Of a DNA stretch of 64,000 nucleotides, positions 24,786 to 37,246 are shown in pieces. The stretch's first letter is position 1. Each line of letters starts with the position of its first letter. The DNA lies in the NCBI RefSeq assembly GCF_988243305.1, contig NZ_OZ547136.1; one strand, written 5' to 3'. The notes under the pieces are model-generated. The model did no database searches and was not told the DNA's origin. It saw only the letters and a program-made list of their open reading frames with translations. The position numbers and the translations under genes are program-made.

Positions 24786-25492
24786 TCGAACTCGTGATTG
24801 TATCGCGTCTCCTTGAATATCCGGATGCTGCTTTATGGCAGCATCAACAAGAGATGTTTGAGGCAATTGCTGCGTCGAAAAATCTGTCGAAAGAAGATGC
24901 CCATGCGCTGGGCATTTTCCTGCGCGATTTAACGACGATGGATCCGCTCGATGCCCAGGCGCAGTACAGCGAACTGTTCGATCGTGGTCGCGCCACGTCG
25001 CTGTTGCTGTTTGAACACGTTCACGGGGAATCCCGCGATCGCGGTCAGGCGATGGTGGACCTGCTGGCACAGTACGAGCAGCACGGTTTGCAGTTAAACA
25101 GCCGCGAATTGCCGGACCACCTGCCGCTGTATCTGGAGTATCTGGCGCAGCTGCCGCAAAGCGAAGCCGTGGAGGGTTTGAAAGATATTGCGCCGATTCT
25201 GGCATTGCTGAGCGCGCGTCTGCAACAGCGTGAAAGCCGTTATGCCGTGCTGTTTGATCTGCTGCTGAAACTGGCCAATACCGCTATCGACAGTGACAAA
25301 GTGGCGGAAAAAATTGCCGACGAAGCGCGCGACGATACGCCGCAGGCGCTGGATGCTGTCTGGGAAGAAGAGCAGGTTAAATTCTTTGCTGACAAAGGCT
25401 GCGGTGATTCAGCAATCACTGCTCATCAGCGTCGCTTTGCCGGTGCCGTCGCGCCGCAATATCTGAATATCACCACCGGAGGACAGCACTAA
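24782..25492 (+). CDS. narJ: nitrate reductase molybdenum cofactor assembly chaperone NarJ
   Basis: 236-aa ORF in narGHJI operon position. Confidence 0.95.
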   Translation: MIELVIVSRLLEYPDAALWQHQQEMFEAIAASKNLSKEDAHALGIFLRDLTTMDPLDAQAQYSELFDRGRATSLLLFEHVHGESRDRGQAMVDLLAQYEQHGLQLNSRELPDHLPLYLEYLAQLPQSEAVEGLKDIAPILALLSARLQQRESRYAVLFDLLLKLANTAIDSDKVAEKIADEARDDTPQALDAVWEEEQVKFFADKGCGDSAITAHQRRFAGAVAPQYLNITTGGQH

Positions 25493-26169
25493 TGCAATTC
25501 CTGAATATGTTCTTCTTTGATATCTACCCGTACATAGCCGGGGCGGTCTTCCTGATTGGTAGCTGGCTGCGTTATGACTACGGGCAGTACACCTGGCGCG
25601 CGGCGTCCAGCCAGATGCTGGATCGCAAAGGGATGAACCTGGCGTCGAACCTGTTCCATATCGGTATTCTGGGGATTTTTGTCGGTCACTTCTTTGGTAT
25701 GCTGACGCCGCACTGGATGTATGAAGCCTGGCTGCCGATTGAAGTGAAACAGAAAATGGCGATGTTTGCTGGTGGTGCCAGCGGCGTGCTGTGTCTGATT
25801 GGCGGCGTGCTGTTGCTGAAACGTCGTCTGTTCAGCCCACGCGTGCGTGCAACGACTACCGGAGCGGATATCCTGATCCTGTCTCTGCTGGTTATCCAGT
25901 GCGCTCTGGGCTTGCTGACCATTCCGTTCTCCGCCCAGCATATGGACGGTAGCGAGATGATGAAACTGGTTGGCTGGGCGCAGTCGGTAGTGACCTTCCA
26001 CGGTGGCGCTTCTCAACACCTTGATGGTGTGGCGTTTATCTTCCGTCTGCACCTGGTGCTGGGGATGACGTTATTCTTGCTGTTCCCGTTCTCACGTCTG
26101 GTGCACATCTGGAGCGTACCGGTGGAGTATCTGACACGTAAGTATCAGCTGGTGCGCGCTCGTCACTAA
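25492..26169 (+). CDS. narI: respiratory nitrate reductase 1 gamma subunit (cytochrome b)
   Basis: 225-aa hydrophobic ORF, last gene of the narGHJI operon. Confidence 0.95.
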   Translation: MQFLNMFFFDIYPYIAGAVFLIGSWLRYDYGQYTWRAASSQMLDRKGMNLASNLFHIGILGIFVGHFFGMLTPHWMYEAWLPIEVKQKMAMFAGGASGVLCLIGGVLLLKRRLFSPRVRATTTGADILILSLLVIQCALGLLTIPFSAQHMDGSEMMKLVGWAQSVVTFHGGASQHLDGVAFIFRLHLVLGMTLFLLFPFSRLVHIWSVPVEYLTRKYQLVRARH

Positions 26170-26188
26170 GCGAATTTTAGTTTGCATA

Positions 26189-26214
26189 GACCCCGCTTCG
26201 GCGGGGTTTTTTTA
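26189..26214 (+). terminator. rho-independent terminator after narI
   Basis: GC hairpin CCCCGC-TTCG-GCGGGG followed by a T-run directly after the narI stop. Confidence 0.8.
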
Positions 26215-26232
26215 TGGGCACGGTACGGGGTG

Positions 26233-26310
26233 AGTTGTCGGATGCGCTTCGCTTATCCGACCTACAGGGGAGGATATTGTAGGTCCGGTAAACGCGGTGC
26301 CATTGGGTAG
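26233..26310. repeat. REP/BIME-like palindromic units
   Basis: TGTCGGATGCGCTTCGCTTATCCGACCTACA and an inverted partner (TGTAGGTCCGG...) resemble REP extragenic palindromes. Confidence 0.6.
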
Positions 26311-26350
26311 AATTAGCTCGGAGTAACAGGTTTTGAGTATTTACAGGAAG

Positions 26351-27063
26351 TGATGGTGGTGGGGGAAGGATTACTCAGCGCTGCGCGCTTCACCCTTCGG
26401 GTCGTTGCCTGCGGCAACGCTTTCTCGCTGGCGCTCGAGTCGCACCTTGGTCGAAGCTTCTCATCCTTCCCCGCATGGGCAGAATATTTAATTGCGGATT
26501 CGTTTGAGAGTTCACGGACTTTTGAAAAGTGATGGTGGTGGGAGAAGGATTACTCAGCGCTGCGCGCTTCGCCCTTCGGGTCGTTGCCTGCGGCAACGCT
26601 CTCTCGCTGGCGCTCAAGTCGAACCTTGGTTGAAGCTTCTCATCCTTCCCCGCATGGGCAGAATATTTGATTGCGGATTCGTTTGAGAATTCCGGGGCTT
26701 TTGAAAGTTATGGTGGTGGGGGAAGGATTACTCAGCGCTGCGCGCTTCGCCCTTCGGGTCGTTGCCTGCGGCCACGCTCTCTCGCTGGCGCTCGAGTCGA
26801 ACCTTGGTCGAAGCTTCTCATCCTTCCCCGCATGGGCAGAATATTTAATCGCGGATTCGTTTGAGAGTTCACGGACTTTTGAAAGTGATGGTGGTAGGGG
26901 AAGGATTACTCAGCGCTGCGCGCTTCGCCCTTCGGGTCGTTGCCTGCGGCAACGCTCTCTCGCTGGCGCTCGAGTCGAACCTTGGTCGAAGCTTCTCATC
27001 CTTCCCCGCTTGGGCAGAATATTTAATTACGGATTCGTTTGAGAGTTCAGGGACTTTTGAAAG
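26351..27063 (-). repeat. rttR: about 178-bp tandem repeat array downstream of the tyrT-tyrV tRNA genes (rtT RNA / tpr region)
   Basis: Four tandem copies beginning near 26351, 26529, 26709 and 26886, each opening with TGGTGGTGGGGGAAGGATT that mimics the tRNA-Tyr 3' end; known architecture of the tyrT operon. Confidence 0.85.
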
Positions 27064-27066
27064 TGA

Positions 27067-27151
<85 letters not shown>

Positions 27152-27185
27152 AGGGGTAATTCAAATTTTGAGGTAATGCTTGAGA

Positions 27186-27270
<85 letters not shown>

Positions 27271-27429
27271 ACGGGGTAATGCTTTTTACTGGCCTGCTCC
27301 CTTATCGGGAAGCGGGGCGCATCATATCAAATGACGCGCCGCTGTAAAGTGTTACGTTGAGAAAAATGAACTGGTTGCGTAATTTTCACCCGTAACGGAT
27401 TAAAGGTAACCAGTTATTTTTGCTGGCGA

Positions 27430-28272
27430 TTAAAGAATAATCGTCCGATTACCGTAAACAAAGACGCGCTGCGCCAGTACTTTGTAGAGTGCGCGACTTA
27501 AGACGTTTTTCTCGACGTCACGACCTGCGCGCATCATATCTTCAGCTGTGTAGGTATGATCGACATGAATAACGTCCTGCATGATGATTGGACCTTCGTC
27601 CAGATTGTCATTCACATAGTGAGCGGTTGCGCCAATAATCTTCACGCCACGTTCATAGGCCTGGTGATAAGGACGTGCGCCGATAAACGCTGGCAGGAAT
27701 GAATGGTGAATATTGATGATCTTATTCGGGAAGCGTGCCACAAATTCTGGCGTTAATACCCGCATATACTTCGCCAGCACCACGTAGTCAGGCTGATAAG
27801 CATCAATGGCATCCGCCATCTTTTGATCGTGCTCGTTGCGGCTTAACCCTTCATGGCTTACCAGCTCAAACGGAATATCAAAACGCTCAACCAGAGAACG
27901 TAAAGTATCGTGGTTACCAATAACTGCCGCGATTTCGACATCCAGGCCGCCGTAATTGGCTTTCATCAACAAATCGCCAAGGCAATGCGCCTCTTTAGTG
28001 ACCAGAATCACTATCCGGCGACGACCAGCAGGATTCAGCTCACGTACGGAGCCTTCTGGCAATGCGCTGTCGAGATCCGCCAGCAGGGTGGAATCATTAA
28101 AAATTCCTTCCAGTTCCGTGCGCATAAAAAAGCGCCCGGTACGGTGATCAACAAATTCATTGTTCTGTACGATATTTAACTCGTGCTTGTAGCAAATATT
28201 GGTAATACGTGCGATCAGACCTTTTTGGTCCGGACAAATAGTACGCAGAACTTTACGTTGGAGTGAATGCAT
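27430..28272 (-). CDS. purU: formyltetrahydrofolate deformylase
   Basis: 280-aa ORF MHSLQRKVLRTICPDQKGLIARITNICYKHELNIVQNNEF... matches PurU (ACT domain plus formyltransferase domain). Confidence 0.96.
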   Translation of the reverse strand: MHSLQRKVLRTICPDQKGLIARITNICYKHELNIVQNNEFVDHRTGRFFMRTELEGIFNDSTLLADLDSALPEGSVRELNPAGRRRIVILVTKEAHCLGDLLMKANYGGLDVEIAAVIGNHDTLRSLVERFDIPFELVSHEGLSRNEHDQKMADAIDAYQPDYVVLAKYMRVLTPEFVARFPNKIINIHHSFLPAFIGARPYHQAYERGVKIIGATAHYVNDNLDEGPIIMQDVIHVDHTYTAEDMMRAGRDVEKNVLSRALYKVLAQRVFVYGNRTIIL

Positions 28273-28321
28273 TGCTGGAAAAACCTTGTTGAGAGTGTTT
28301 GCTAAACCGTACCGTCAACCA

Positions 28322-28780
28322 TTATTGGCCGCAGCACTTTTTAAATTTTTTACCTGAACCACAAGGGCAGGGATCGTTGCGGCCAAACTGCGGACGTGTA
28401 CCGTCAATATAGTACCATTGACTGTTTTCTTTCAAAAATCGCGAACGTTCAATGATTGCACCTGTTTTGCCACCTTCGGTAAATCGCGCAACAAAACTGA
28501 CAAATCCGATATTGTCGACGTCCTGCCAACAATGTTCAAATACGGTCAATCCCAACCATTCAGTATGCGCAAATCCGGCAATCAATTCGGCACGTAACGC
28601 CGCCGCTCCACAAGATGGATGCCAGGTCTTTATTAAATAATCTGCGTCTTTCATCACAAAAGCGCAGTAACGCGAACGCATGAGATGTTCTGGATCAGGT
28701 GCAACCTTTTCACCAGACACATAAGGGTGGCAACATAGGCTATACTCGACAGCACTACCACAGGGACAAAGCTGAGACAC
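28322..28780 (-). CDS. ychJ: SEC-C motif protein YchJ
   Basis: Track ORF 28322-28801; GTG at 28780 gives (M)[19 protein letters not shown]..., 152 aa, with C-terminal [18 protein letters not shown] metal-binding motif. Confidence 0.88.
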   Translation of the reverse strand: MSQLCPCGSAVEYSLCCHPYVSGEKVAPDPEHLMRSRYCAFVMKDADYLIKTWHPSCGAAALRAELIAGFAHTEWLGLTVFEHCWQDVDNIGFVSFVARFTEGGKTGAIIERSRFLKENSQWYYIDGTRPQFGRNDPCPCGSGKKFKKCCGQ

Positions 28781-28892
28781 AAATAATCTCCCTGGAAACA
28801 ATAACGGCGTATTAACCGCCTGAGTAGCACTATGTTAACCGAGCAGTAGCGATGTTGCTACGATTGCATTCCAGGGGAATCTTGCGGGAATA

Positions 28893-29798
28893 ATGAGAAA
28901 GATAAAAATAGGGCTGGCGCTGGGATCTGGCGCGGCGAGAGGTTGGTCGCATATTGGCGTTATTAATGCGCTAAAAAAAGTGGGTATTGAAATTGATATC
29001 GTTGCAGGATGTTCAATTGGTTCGCTGGTGGGCGCTGCCTATGCATGCGATCGACTATCTGCGCTGGAAGATTGGGTGACCTCTTTCAGTTATTGGGATG
29101 TTTTACGCCTGATGGATCTCTCCTGGCAGCGCGGTGGGTTACTGCGCGGCGAGCGTGTCTTCAATCAATATCGCGAAATAATGCCGGAAACCGAGATCGA
29201 AAATTGTTCCCGTCGCTTCGCGGCTGTTGCCACCAATTTAAGTACTGGGCGCGAATTATGGTTTACTGAAGGCGATCTTCATCTTGCTATTCGTGCATCA
29301 TGCAGTATTCCAGGACTAATGGCACCCGTTGCGCATAACGGCTACTGGCTGGTTGATGGCGCTGTAGTTAACCCAATTCCTATTTCGCTCACGCGTGCAT
29401 TGGGTGCTGATATTGTGATAGCGGTCGACCTGCAGCACGATGCTCATTTGATGCAACAAGATCTGCTCTCCTTTAATGTCAGTGAAGAAAATAGCGAGAA
29501 TGGTGATTCTCTGCCGTGGCATGCGCGTCTGAAAGAAAGGTTGGGCAGCATAACGACACGTCGGGCGGTGACAGCGCCAACGGCAACAGAGATTATGACC
29601 ACTTCTATCCAGGTGCTGGAGAACCGCCTTAAAAGGAACCGCATGGCAGGTGATCCGCCCGATATTCTGATTCAACCTGTTTGCCCGCAAATATCTACGC
29701 TTGATTTCCATCGCGCGCACGCTGCCATTGCGGCCGGGCAGCTGGCAGTGGAAAAGAAAATGGACGAACTTTTGCCGTTGGTACGCACCAACATTTGA
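28893..29798 (+). CDS. rssA: patatin-like phospholipase RssA
   Basis: 301-aa ORF with patatin GxSxG motif (GCSIGSLVGA) and oxyanion-hole GSGAARG. Confidence 0.92.
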   Translation: MRKIKIGLALGSGAARGWSHIGVINALKKVGIEIDIVAGCSIGSLVGAAYACDRLSALEDWVTSFSYWDVLRLMDLSWQRGGLLRGERVFNQYREIMPETEIENCSRRFAAVATNLSTGRELWFTEGDLHLAIRASCSIPGLMAPVAHNGYWLVDGAVVNPIPISLTRALGADIVIAVDLQHDAHLMQQDLLSFNVSEENSENGDSLPWHARLKERLGSITTRRAVTAPTATEIMTTSIQVLENRLKRNRMAGDPPDILIQPVCPQISTLDFHRAHAAIAAGQLAVEKKMDELLPLVRTNI

Positions 29799-29889
29799 CC
29801 AGAATTTTTATCTACACTTAAGTTAATTCTGACAGGCGCAGGTGGCAATAGCATGCCACTATTGAGTAAAGCCAGTCAGGGGAGAGAAC

Positions 29890-30903
29890 ATGACGCAGCC
29901 ATTGGTCGGAAAACAGATTCTCATTGTTGAAGATGAGCAGGTATTTCGCTCGCTTCTGGATTCGTGGTTTTCCTCATTGGGAGCGACAACGGTACTGGCG
30001 GCTGATGGGGTGGATGCCCTTGAGTTGCTGGGAGGTTTCACTCCAGACCTGATGATATGTGATATCGCGATGCCACGAATGAACGGGCTTAAACTGCTGG
30101 AGCATATACGTAACAGAGGCGACCAGACCCCAGTTCTGGTGATATCTGCCACTGAAAATATGGCAGATATTGCCAAAGCGTTACGTCTGGGCGTTGAAGA
30201 TGTTTTGCTGAAACCAGTTAAAGATCTGAATCGCTTGCGCGAGATGGTTTTTGCCTGTCTCTATCCCAGCATGTTTAATTCCCGCGTTGAGGAAGAGGAA
30301 AGGCTTTTTCGCGACTGGGATGCAATGGTTGATAACCCTGCCGCAGCGGCGAAATTATTACAGGAATTGCAACCGCCGGTTCAGCAGGTGATTTCCCATT
30401 GCCGGGTTAATTATCGTCAATTGGTTGCCGCGGACAAACCCGGCCTGGTGCTTGATATTGCCGCACTTTCGGAAAACGATCTGGCATTTTATTGCCTTGA
30501 TGTCACCAGAGCTGGACATAATGGCGTACTTGCTGCCTTGTTATTACGCGCATTGTTTAACGGATTATTACAGGAACAGCTTGCACATCAAAATCAACGG
30601 TTGCCAGAGTTGGGCGCGTTATTGAAGCAGGTAAACCATTTACTCCGTCAGGCCAATCTGCCGGGGCAGTTTCCGCTATTAGTTGGCTATTATCATCGCG
30701 AACTGAAAAATCTCATTCTGGTTTCTGCGGGGCTGAATGCGACGTTAAATACCGGCGAACACCAGGTGCAAATCAGTAATGGTGTTCCGTTAGGCACTTT
30801 AGGTAACGCTTATTTGAATCAATTGAGCCAGCGATGCGATGCCTGGCAATGCCAAATATGGGGAACCGGTGGTCGGCTTCGCTTGATGTTGTCTGCAGAA
30901 TGA
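29890..30903 (+). CDS. rssB: RpoS degradation adaptor/response regulator RssB
   Basis: 337-aa ORF with N-terminal receiver domain (ILIVEDEQVFRSLL, DLMICDIAMP). Confidence 0.95.
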   Translation: MTQPLVGKQILIVEDEQVFRSLLDSWFSSLGATTVLAADGVDALELLGGFTPDLMICDIAMPRMNGLKLLEHIRNRGDQTPVLVISATENMADIAKALRLGVEDVLLKPVKDLNRLREMVFACLYPSMFNSRVEEEERLFRDWDAMVDNPAAAAKLLQELQPPVQQVISHCRVNYRQLVAADKPGLVLDIAALSENDLAFYCLDVTRAGHNGVLAALLLRALFNGLLQEQLAHQNQRLPELGALLKQVNHLLRQANLPGQFPLLVGYYHRELKNLILVSAGLNATLNTGEHQVQISNGVPLGTLGNAYLNQLSQRCDAWQCQIWGTGGRLRLMLSAE

Positions 30904-31104
30904 GCAAACGATAACGCGGGCTAAATTTGCATTACCAGCTAATGTCGGCTGGTGGTACTATCGTCGCCATTCGTATAAGTAATTGTCTTAATTATGCTAA
31001 CTCGCCTCCTTTTCAGAACTTAGCCCCTTCGGGGTGCTGATATACTGGGATGCGATACAGAAATATGAACACGTTCAAAACACGAACAGTCCAGGAGAAT
31101 TTAA

Positions 31105-32013
31105 ATGGCTGCCATTAATACGAAAGTCAAAAAAGCCGTTATCCCCGTTGCGGGATTAGGAACCAGGATGTTGCCGGCGACGAAAGCCATCCCGAAAGAG
31201 ATGCTGCCACTTGTCGATAAGCCATTAATTCAATACGTCGTGAATGAATGTATTGCGGCTGGCATTACTGAAATTGTGCTGGTTACTCACTCATCTAAAA
31301 ACTCTATTGAAAACCACTTTGATACCAGTTTTGAACTGGAAGCAATGCTGGAAAAACGTGTAAAACGTCAACTGCTTGATGAAGTGCAGTCTATTTGTCC
31401 GCCGCACGTGACTATTATGCAAGTTCGTCAGGGGCTGGCGAAAGGTCTGGGACACGCGGTATTGTGTGCTCACCCGGTAGTGGGTGATGAACCTGTGGCT
31501 GTTATTTTGCCTGACGTTATTCTGGATGAATATGAATCCGATTTGTCACAGGATAACCTGGCAGAGATGATCCGCCGCTTTGATGAAACGGGTCATAGCC
31601 AGATCATGGTTGAACCGGTTGCTGATGTGACCGCATATGGCGTTGTGGATTGCAAAGGCGTTGAATTAGCGCCGGGTGAAAGCGTACCGATGGTTGGCGT
31701 GGTTGAAAAACCAAAAGCGGATGTTGCGCCGTCTAATCTCGCTATTGTGGGTCGTTACGTACTTAGCGCGGATATTTGGCCGTTGCTGGCAAAAACCCCT
31801 CCGGGAGCTGGTGATGAAATTCAGCTCACCGACGCAATTGATATGCTGATCGAAAAAGAAACGGTGGAAGCCTATCATATGAAAGGGAAGAGCCATGACT
31901 GCGGTAATAAATTAGGTTACATGCAGGCCTTCGTTGAATACGGTATTCGTCATAACACCCTTGGCACGGAATTTAAAGCCTGGCTTGAAGAAGAGATGGG
32001 CATTAAGAAGTAA
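31105..32013 (+). CDS. galU: UTP--glucose-1-phosphate uridylyltransferase
   Basis: 302-aa [38 protein letters not shown]... matches GalU. Confidence 0.97.
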
Positions 32014-32104
32014 CATCCGTATCGGTGTTATCCACGAAACGGCGTTGAGCAATCGACGCCGTTTTTTTATAGCTTATTCTTATTAAATTGTCTTAAACCG
32101 GACA

Positions 32105-32136
32105 ATAAAAAATCCCGCCGATGGCGGGATTTTTAA
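32105..32136. terminator. bidirectional rho-independent terminator between convergent galU and hns
   Basis: Hairpin ATCCCGCC-GATG-GCGGGAT flanked by A-run and T-run. Confidence 0.75.
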
Positions 32137-32157
32137 GCAAGTGCAATCTACAAAAGA

Positions 32158-32571
32158 TTATTGCTTGATCAGGAAATCGTCGAGGGATTTACCTTGCTCA
32201 TCCATTGCTTTTTTGATTACAGCTGGAGTACGGCCCTGGCCAGTCCAGGTTTTAGTTTCGCCGTTTTCGTCAACGTAGCTATATTTTGCCGGACGCTGAG
32301 CACGTTTAGCTTTGGTGCCAGATTTAACGGCAGCAAGGCTATTCAGCAGTTCGTTCGGGTCAATACCGTCAGCGATCAGCATTTCGCGATATTGCTGCAG
32401 TTTACGAGTGCGCTCTTCAACTTCAGCAGCAGCCGCGCTTTCTTCTTCGCGACGTTCGTTAACAACAACTTCTAATTTTTCCAGCATTTCTTCCAGCGTT
32501 TCAAGTGTACATTCTCTTGCCTGCGCACGAAGAGTACGGATGTTGTTCAGAATTTTAAGTGCTTCGCTCAT
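32158..32571 (-). CDS. hns: nucleoid-associated protein H-NS
   Basis: 137-aa [44 protein letters not shown]... matches H-NS. Confidence 0.98.
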
Positions 32572-33174
32572 TGTAGTAATCTCAAACTTATATTGGGGTG
32601 GTTTGTTGAGGTAATAATAGAGCCTTAAATTCAGTTGTGCAATAGCCAGGAATGTAAGGAATTCAAAATTGTTCTTTATTTTGTGCCGCCAATAAATATC
32701 TTTTCATAAAATTAGCCAGAAAAGACGCGGCATATAGCCCTATTTGCGCCGATGATTTCGCAGCACGTGAGGTTAAAACTTCCTGATTCATGTCACATTT
32801 TATGGGGAGATTATCGTAGGCTGACGACCTTTCAGTCTTCTGTATTAGTCGTGTTTACGAGAATTCCCTATTAAGCGAATGATGAAAAGTAGAACAGTCG
32901 CAATAAGAGCAGGGACTTAGTATTGCACTATCTCCTGGAGGTCAACAGAGGGCTATTACTTGCGCAACAGGTTAAAGATTGTGAATAGTTACCAGCAGTC
33001 ATTTACCCGCTTATAACAAGCGAGGCAGTTGTAATGATAGCTCAGAAGGATTATGCAAGGCTTCGTAAGGGAGAACGCATATACCACTTCTGTGCATACT
33101 GTTGAGCTGAAAAACTGACGAATTATGATAAACTCCAGCCAACTTTAATTCATATCATTGAGGGCCTGTGGCTG

Positions 33175-33792
33175 ATGGCACAGCTATATTTCTACTATTC
33201 CGCAATGAATGCGGGTAAGTCTACAGCATTGTTGCAATCTTCATACAATTACCAGGAACGCGGCATGCGCACTGTCGTATATACGGCAGAAATTGATGAT
33301 CGCTTTGGTGCCGGGAAAGTCAGCTCGCGTATAGGTTTGTCATCGCCTGCAAAATTATTTAACCAAAATTCATCATTATTTGATGAGATTCGTGCGGAAC
33401 ATGAACAGCAGGCAATTCATTGCGTACTGGTTGATGAATGCCAGTTTTTAACCAGACAACAAGTATATGAATTATCGGAGGTTGTCGATCAACTCGATAT
33501 ACCCGTACTTTGTTATGGTTTACGTACCGATTTTCGAGGTGAGTTATTTATTGGCAGCCAATACTTACTGGCATGGTCCGACAAACTGGTTGAATTAAAA
33601 ACCATCTGTTTTTGTGGCCGCAAAGCAAGCATGGTGCTGCGTCTTGATCAAGCAGGCAGACCTTATAACGAAGGTGAGCAGGTGGTTATTGGTGGTAATG
33701 AACGCTACGTTTCTGTATGCCGTAAACACTATAAAGAGGCGTTAGAAGTCGGTTCATTAACGGCTATTCAGGAAAGGCATCGTCACGATTAA
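33175..33792 (+). CDS. tdk: thymidine kinase
   Basis: 205-aa ORF with P-loop (MNAGKST) and C-terminal zinc-binding cysteines. Confidence 0.96.
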
Positions 33793-34039
33793 TAAGAATT
33801 TCTTTACTGACAGGGTGAGCAGGGCGCTTTTATCCTGTCAGTTCGTTTTACTCACTTCATCCGGTGTATATACCCTTCTCGACAGTTCTTTAACGCCACT
33901 ATACCCCTCACAGAGCGCTTTTACAGTGACGTTGACTTGTGACCTGTAAAGTACAATATCGCTGTGTGTAGGCGTTATACATCGCCGTAAATATGATGAA
34001 GGCAAATGCTGTCGGTTTATGGGAAAGTTGCTTTGGGTA

Positions 34040-34075
34040 AAACAAAAAAACGGCCCCAGAAGGGACCGTTTATGT
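34040..34075 (-). terminator. rho-independent terminator after adhE
   Basis: Minus-strand hairpin (AAACGGTCCC/GGGGCCGTTT) followed by a T-run, just downstream of the adhE stop. Confidence 0.65.
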
Positions 34076-34094
34076 TGCCAGACAGCGCTACTGA

Positions 34095-36770
34095 TTAAGC
34101 GGATTTCTTCGCTTTTTTCTCAGCTTTAGCCGGAGCGGCTTCTTTTTTCGCTGCAGTTTCACCTTCTACATAATCACGACCGTAGTAGGTATCCAGCAGA
34201 ATCTGTTTCAGCTCGGAGATCAGTGGGTAACGCGGGTTAGCGCCGGTGCACTGGTCATCGAATGCATCTTCAGACAGTTTATCCACATTCGCCAGGAAGT
34301 CTGCTTCCTGAACGCCAGCTTCACGGATAGATTTCGGAATACCCAGTTCAGCTTTCAGCGTTTCCAGCCATGCCAGCAGTTTCTCGATCTTAGCAGCAGT
34401 ACGGTCGCCCGGTGCGCTCAGACCCAGGTGGTCAGCAATTTCAGCATAACGACGGCGAGCTTGCGGACGGTCATACTGGCTGAATGCAGTCTGCTTGGTC
34501 GGGTTGTCGTTCGCGTTGTAGCGAATAACGTTACAAATCAGCAGGGCGTTTGCCAGACCGTGCGGAATATGGAACTGGGAACCCAGTTTGTGCGCCATTG
34601 AGTGACATACACCCAGGAAGGCGTTCGCAAACGCGATACCCGCGATAGTTGCTGCACTGTGAACACGTTCACGCGCTACCGGATTTTTAGATCCTTCGTG
34701 GTAGGACGCTGGCAGATATTCTTTCAGCAGTTTCAGCGCCTGCAGAGCCTGACCATCAGAGAACTCAGATGCCAGTACAGAAACATAAGCTTCCATGGCG
34801 TGAGTTACTGCGTCCAGACCACCGAAAGCACACAGGGACTTCGGCATGTCCATAACCAGGTTGGCATCGACAATCGCCATATCCGGGGTCAGCGCATAGT
34901 CTGCCAGCGGATATTTCTGACCAGTAGCGTCGTCAGTTACAACCGCAAACGGAGTGACTTCAGAACCTGTACCAGAAGTGGTGGTGACAGCGATCATTTT
35001 CGCTTTCACGCCCATTTTCGGGAACTTGTAGATACGTTTACGGATATCCATAAAGCGCAGCGCCAGTTCTTCGAAGTGAGTTTCCGGATGTTCGTACATA
35101 ACCCACATGATCTTCGCGGCGTCCATCGGGGAACCACCACCCAGCGCGATAATCACGTCTGGTTTGAAGGAGTTTGCCAGTTCTGCACCTTTACGAACGA
35201 TGCTCAGGGTCGGGTCAGCTTCTACTTCGAAGAAGACTTCAGTTTCAACGCCTGCTGCTTTCAGTACGGAAGTGATCTGATCAGCATAACCATTGTTAAA
35301 CAGGAAGCGGTCAGTCACGATGAGCGCACGTTTGTGGCCATCAGTAATCACTTCATCCAGCGCGATTGGCAGGGAGCCACGGCGGAAGTAGATAGATTTC
35401 GGAAGTTTGTGCCACAACATGTTTTCAGCTCGCTTAGCAACGGTTTTCTTGTTGATCAGGTGTTTCGGACCAACGTTTTCAGAGATGGAGTTACCACCCC
35501 AGGAACCACAACCCAGAGTCAGGGAAGGTGCGAGTTTGAAGTTATACAGGTCACCGATACCACCCTGAGAAGCCGGGGTGTTAATCAGGATACGAGCCGT
35601 TTTCATTTTCTGACCGAAGTAAGAAACGCGAGCCGGTTGGTTATCCTGGTCAGTGTACAGGCAAGAGGTATGACCGATACCGCCCATAGCAACCAGTTTC
35701 TCTGCTTTTTCTACCGCGTCTTCGAAATCTTTAGCGCGGTACATTGCCAGAGTCGGGGACAGTTTTTCATGTGCGAACGGTTCGCTTTCATCAACAACGG
35801 TCACTTCACCGATCAGAATCTTGGTGTTTTCTGGTACAGAGAAGCCTGCCAGTTCAGCAATTTTATAGGCTGGCTGACCAACGATAGCCGCGTTCAGCGC
35901 ACCGTTTTTCAGGATAACGTCCTGAACAGCTTTCAGCTCTTTACCCTGCAACAGATAGCCGCCGTGGGTTGCGAAACGTTCACGTACTGCGTCATAAACA
36001 GAGTCAACAACAACAACAGACTGTTCAGAAGCACAGATTACGCCGTTGTCGAAGGTTTTGGACATCAGTACAGATGCAACTGCACGTTTGATATCAGCAG
36101 TTTCATCGATAACAACTGGAGTGTTGCCCGCGCCTACGCCGATAGCTGGTTTACCGGAGCTGTATGCGGCTTTAACCATGCCCGGACCACCAGTCGCGAG
36201 GATCAGGTTGATGTCTGGGTGGTGCATCAGTGCGTTAGACAGTTCAACAGAAGGTTGATCGATCCAGCCGATCAGATCTTTCGGAGCACCGGCAGCGATA
36301 GCAGCCTGCAGAACGATATCAGCTGCTTTGTTGGTTGCATCTTTTGCACGCGGGTGCGGGGAGAAGATAATGGCGTTACGGGTCTTCAGGCTGATCAGCG
36401 ATTTGAAGATAGCAGTTGAAGTCGGGTTAGTGGTCGGAACGATACCGCAAATAATACCGATTGGTTCAGCGATAGTGATGGTACCAAAAGTGTCGTCTTC
36501 AGACAGAACACCACAGGTTTTTTCATCTTTATAGGCGTTGTAGATATATTCAGAAGCAAAGTGGTTTTTGATCACTTTATCTTCGACGATACCCATGCCG
36601 GATTCGGCAACGGCCATTTTCGCGAGTGGGATTCGAGCATCTGCAGCAGCCAGAGCGGCGGCGCGGAAGATTTTGTCTACTTGCTCTTGAGTGAAACTGG
36701 CATATTCACGCTGGGCTTTTTTTACACGCTCTACGAGTGCGTTAAGTTCAGCGACATTAGTAACAGCCAT
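34095..36770 (-). CDS. adhE: bifunctional aldehyde/alcohol dehydrogenase
   Basis: 891-aa [49 protein letters not shown]... matches AdhE. Confidence 0.98.
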
Positions 36771-37246
36771 AATGCTCTCCTGATAATGTTAAACTTTTTT
36801 AGTAAATCATCTGCTCGAATACGAGAGTATAGTCAGTGCGGTGATGATTTGCTTAACCGGTGAAAATCAAAAGCTTACTCGCGCTCACACTCACTGTGAT
36901 TTACTAAAAGAGTTTAAACATTAGAGTTATTATCTCTAATGCGTCACTTCCAGGTGGCGTAAGCAAGATTACTCACTTCTGGGTACTGATTACGTGATCC
37001 AAATCAAATTTTTGCAAAGCTGACACCTTTCAGCATCGCTTTTCGCCATTATAGCTAACAGTTAATAAATTGTAGTATGATTTGTTGGCTACATTATCAT
37101 GTTTTGCACAACCAGATAACAATAACGAATGATAGCAATTTTAAGTAGTTAGGAGGTGAAAAATGCTGTCAAAAGGCGTATTGTCAGCGCGTCTTTTTAA
37201 CCTTATTTATGGCTAACATTATCCGGCTTTTGCTTCGGAGCTAACC

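Noticed and set aside
33793-34094. Possible missing mobile-element remnant between tdk and adhE
   Set aside because: I vaguely recall an IS-derived pseudogene at this locus in K-12, which this window lacks. The 302-bp spacer here holds only the adhE terminator and AT-rich sequence, so there is nothing to annotate, and the comparison rests on uncertain memory.
34602-36419. 605-aa plus-strand ORF antisense to adhE
   Set aside because: Completely embedded in the adhE coding region on the opposite strand; composition is that of an antisense shadow frame, with no RBS or conserved motif.
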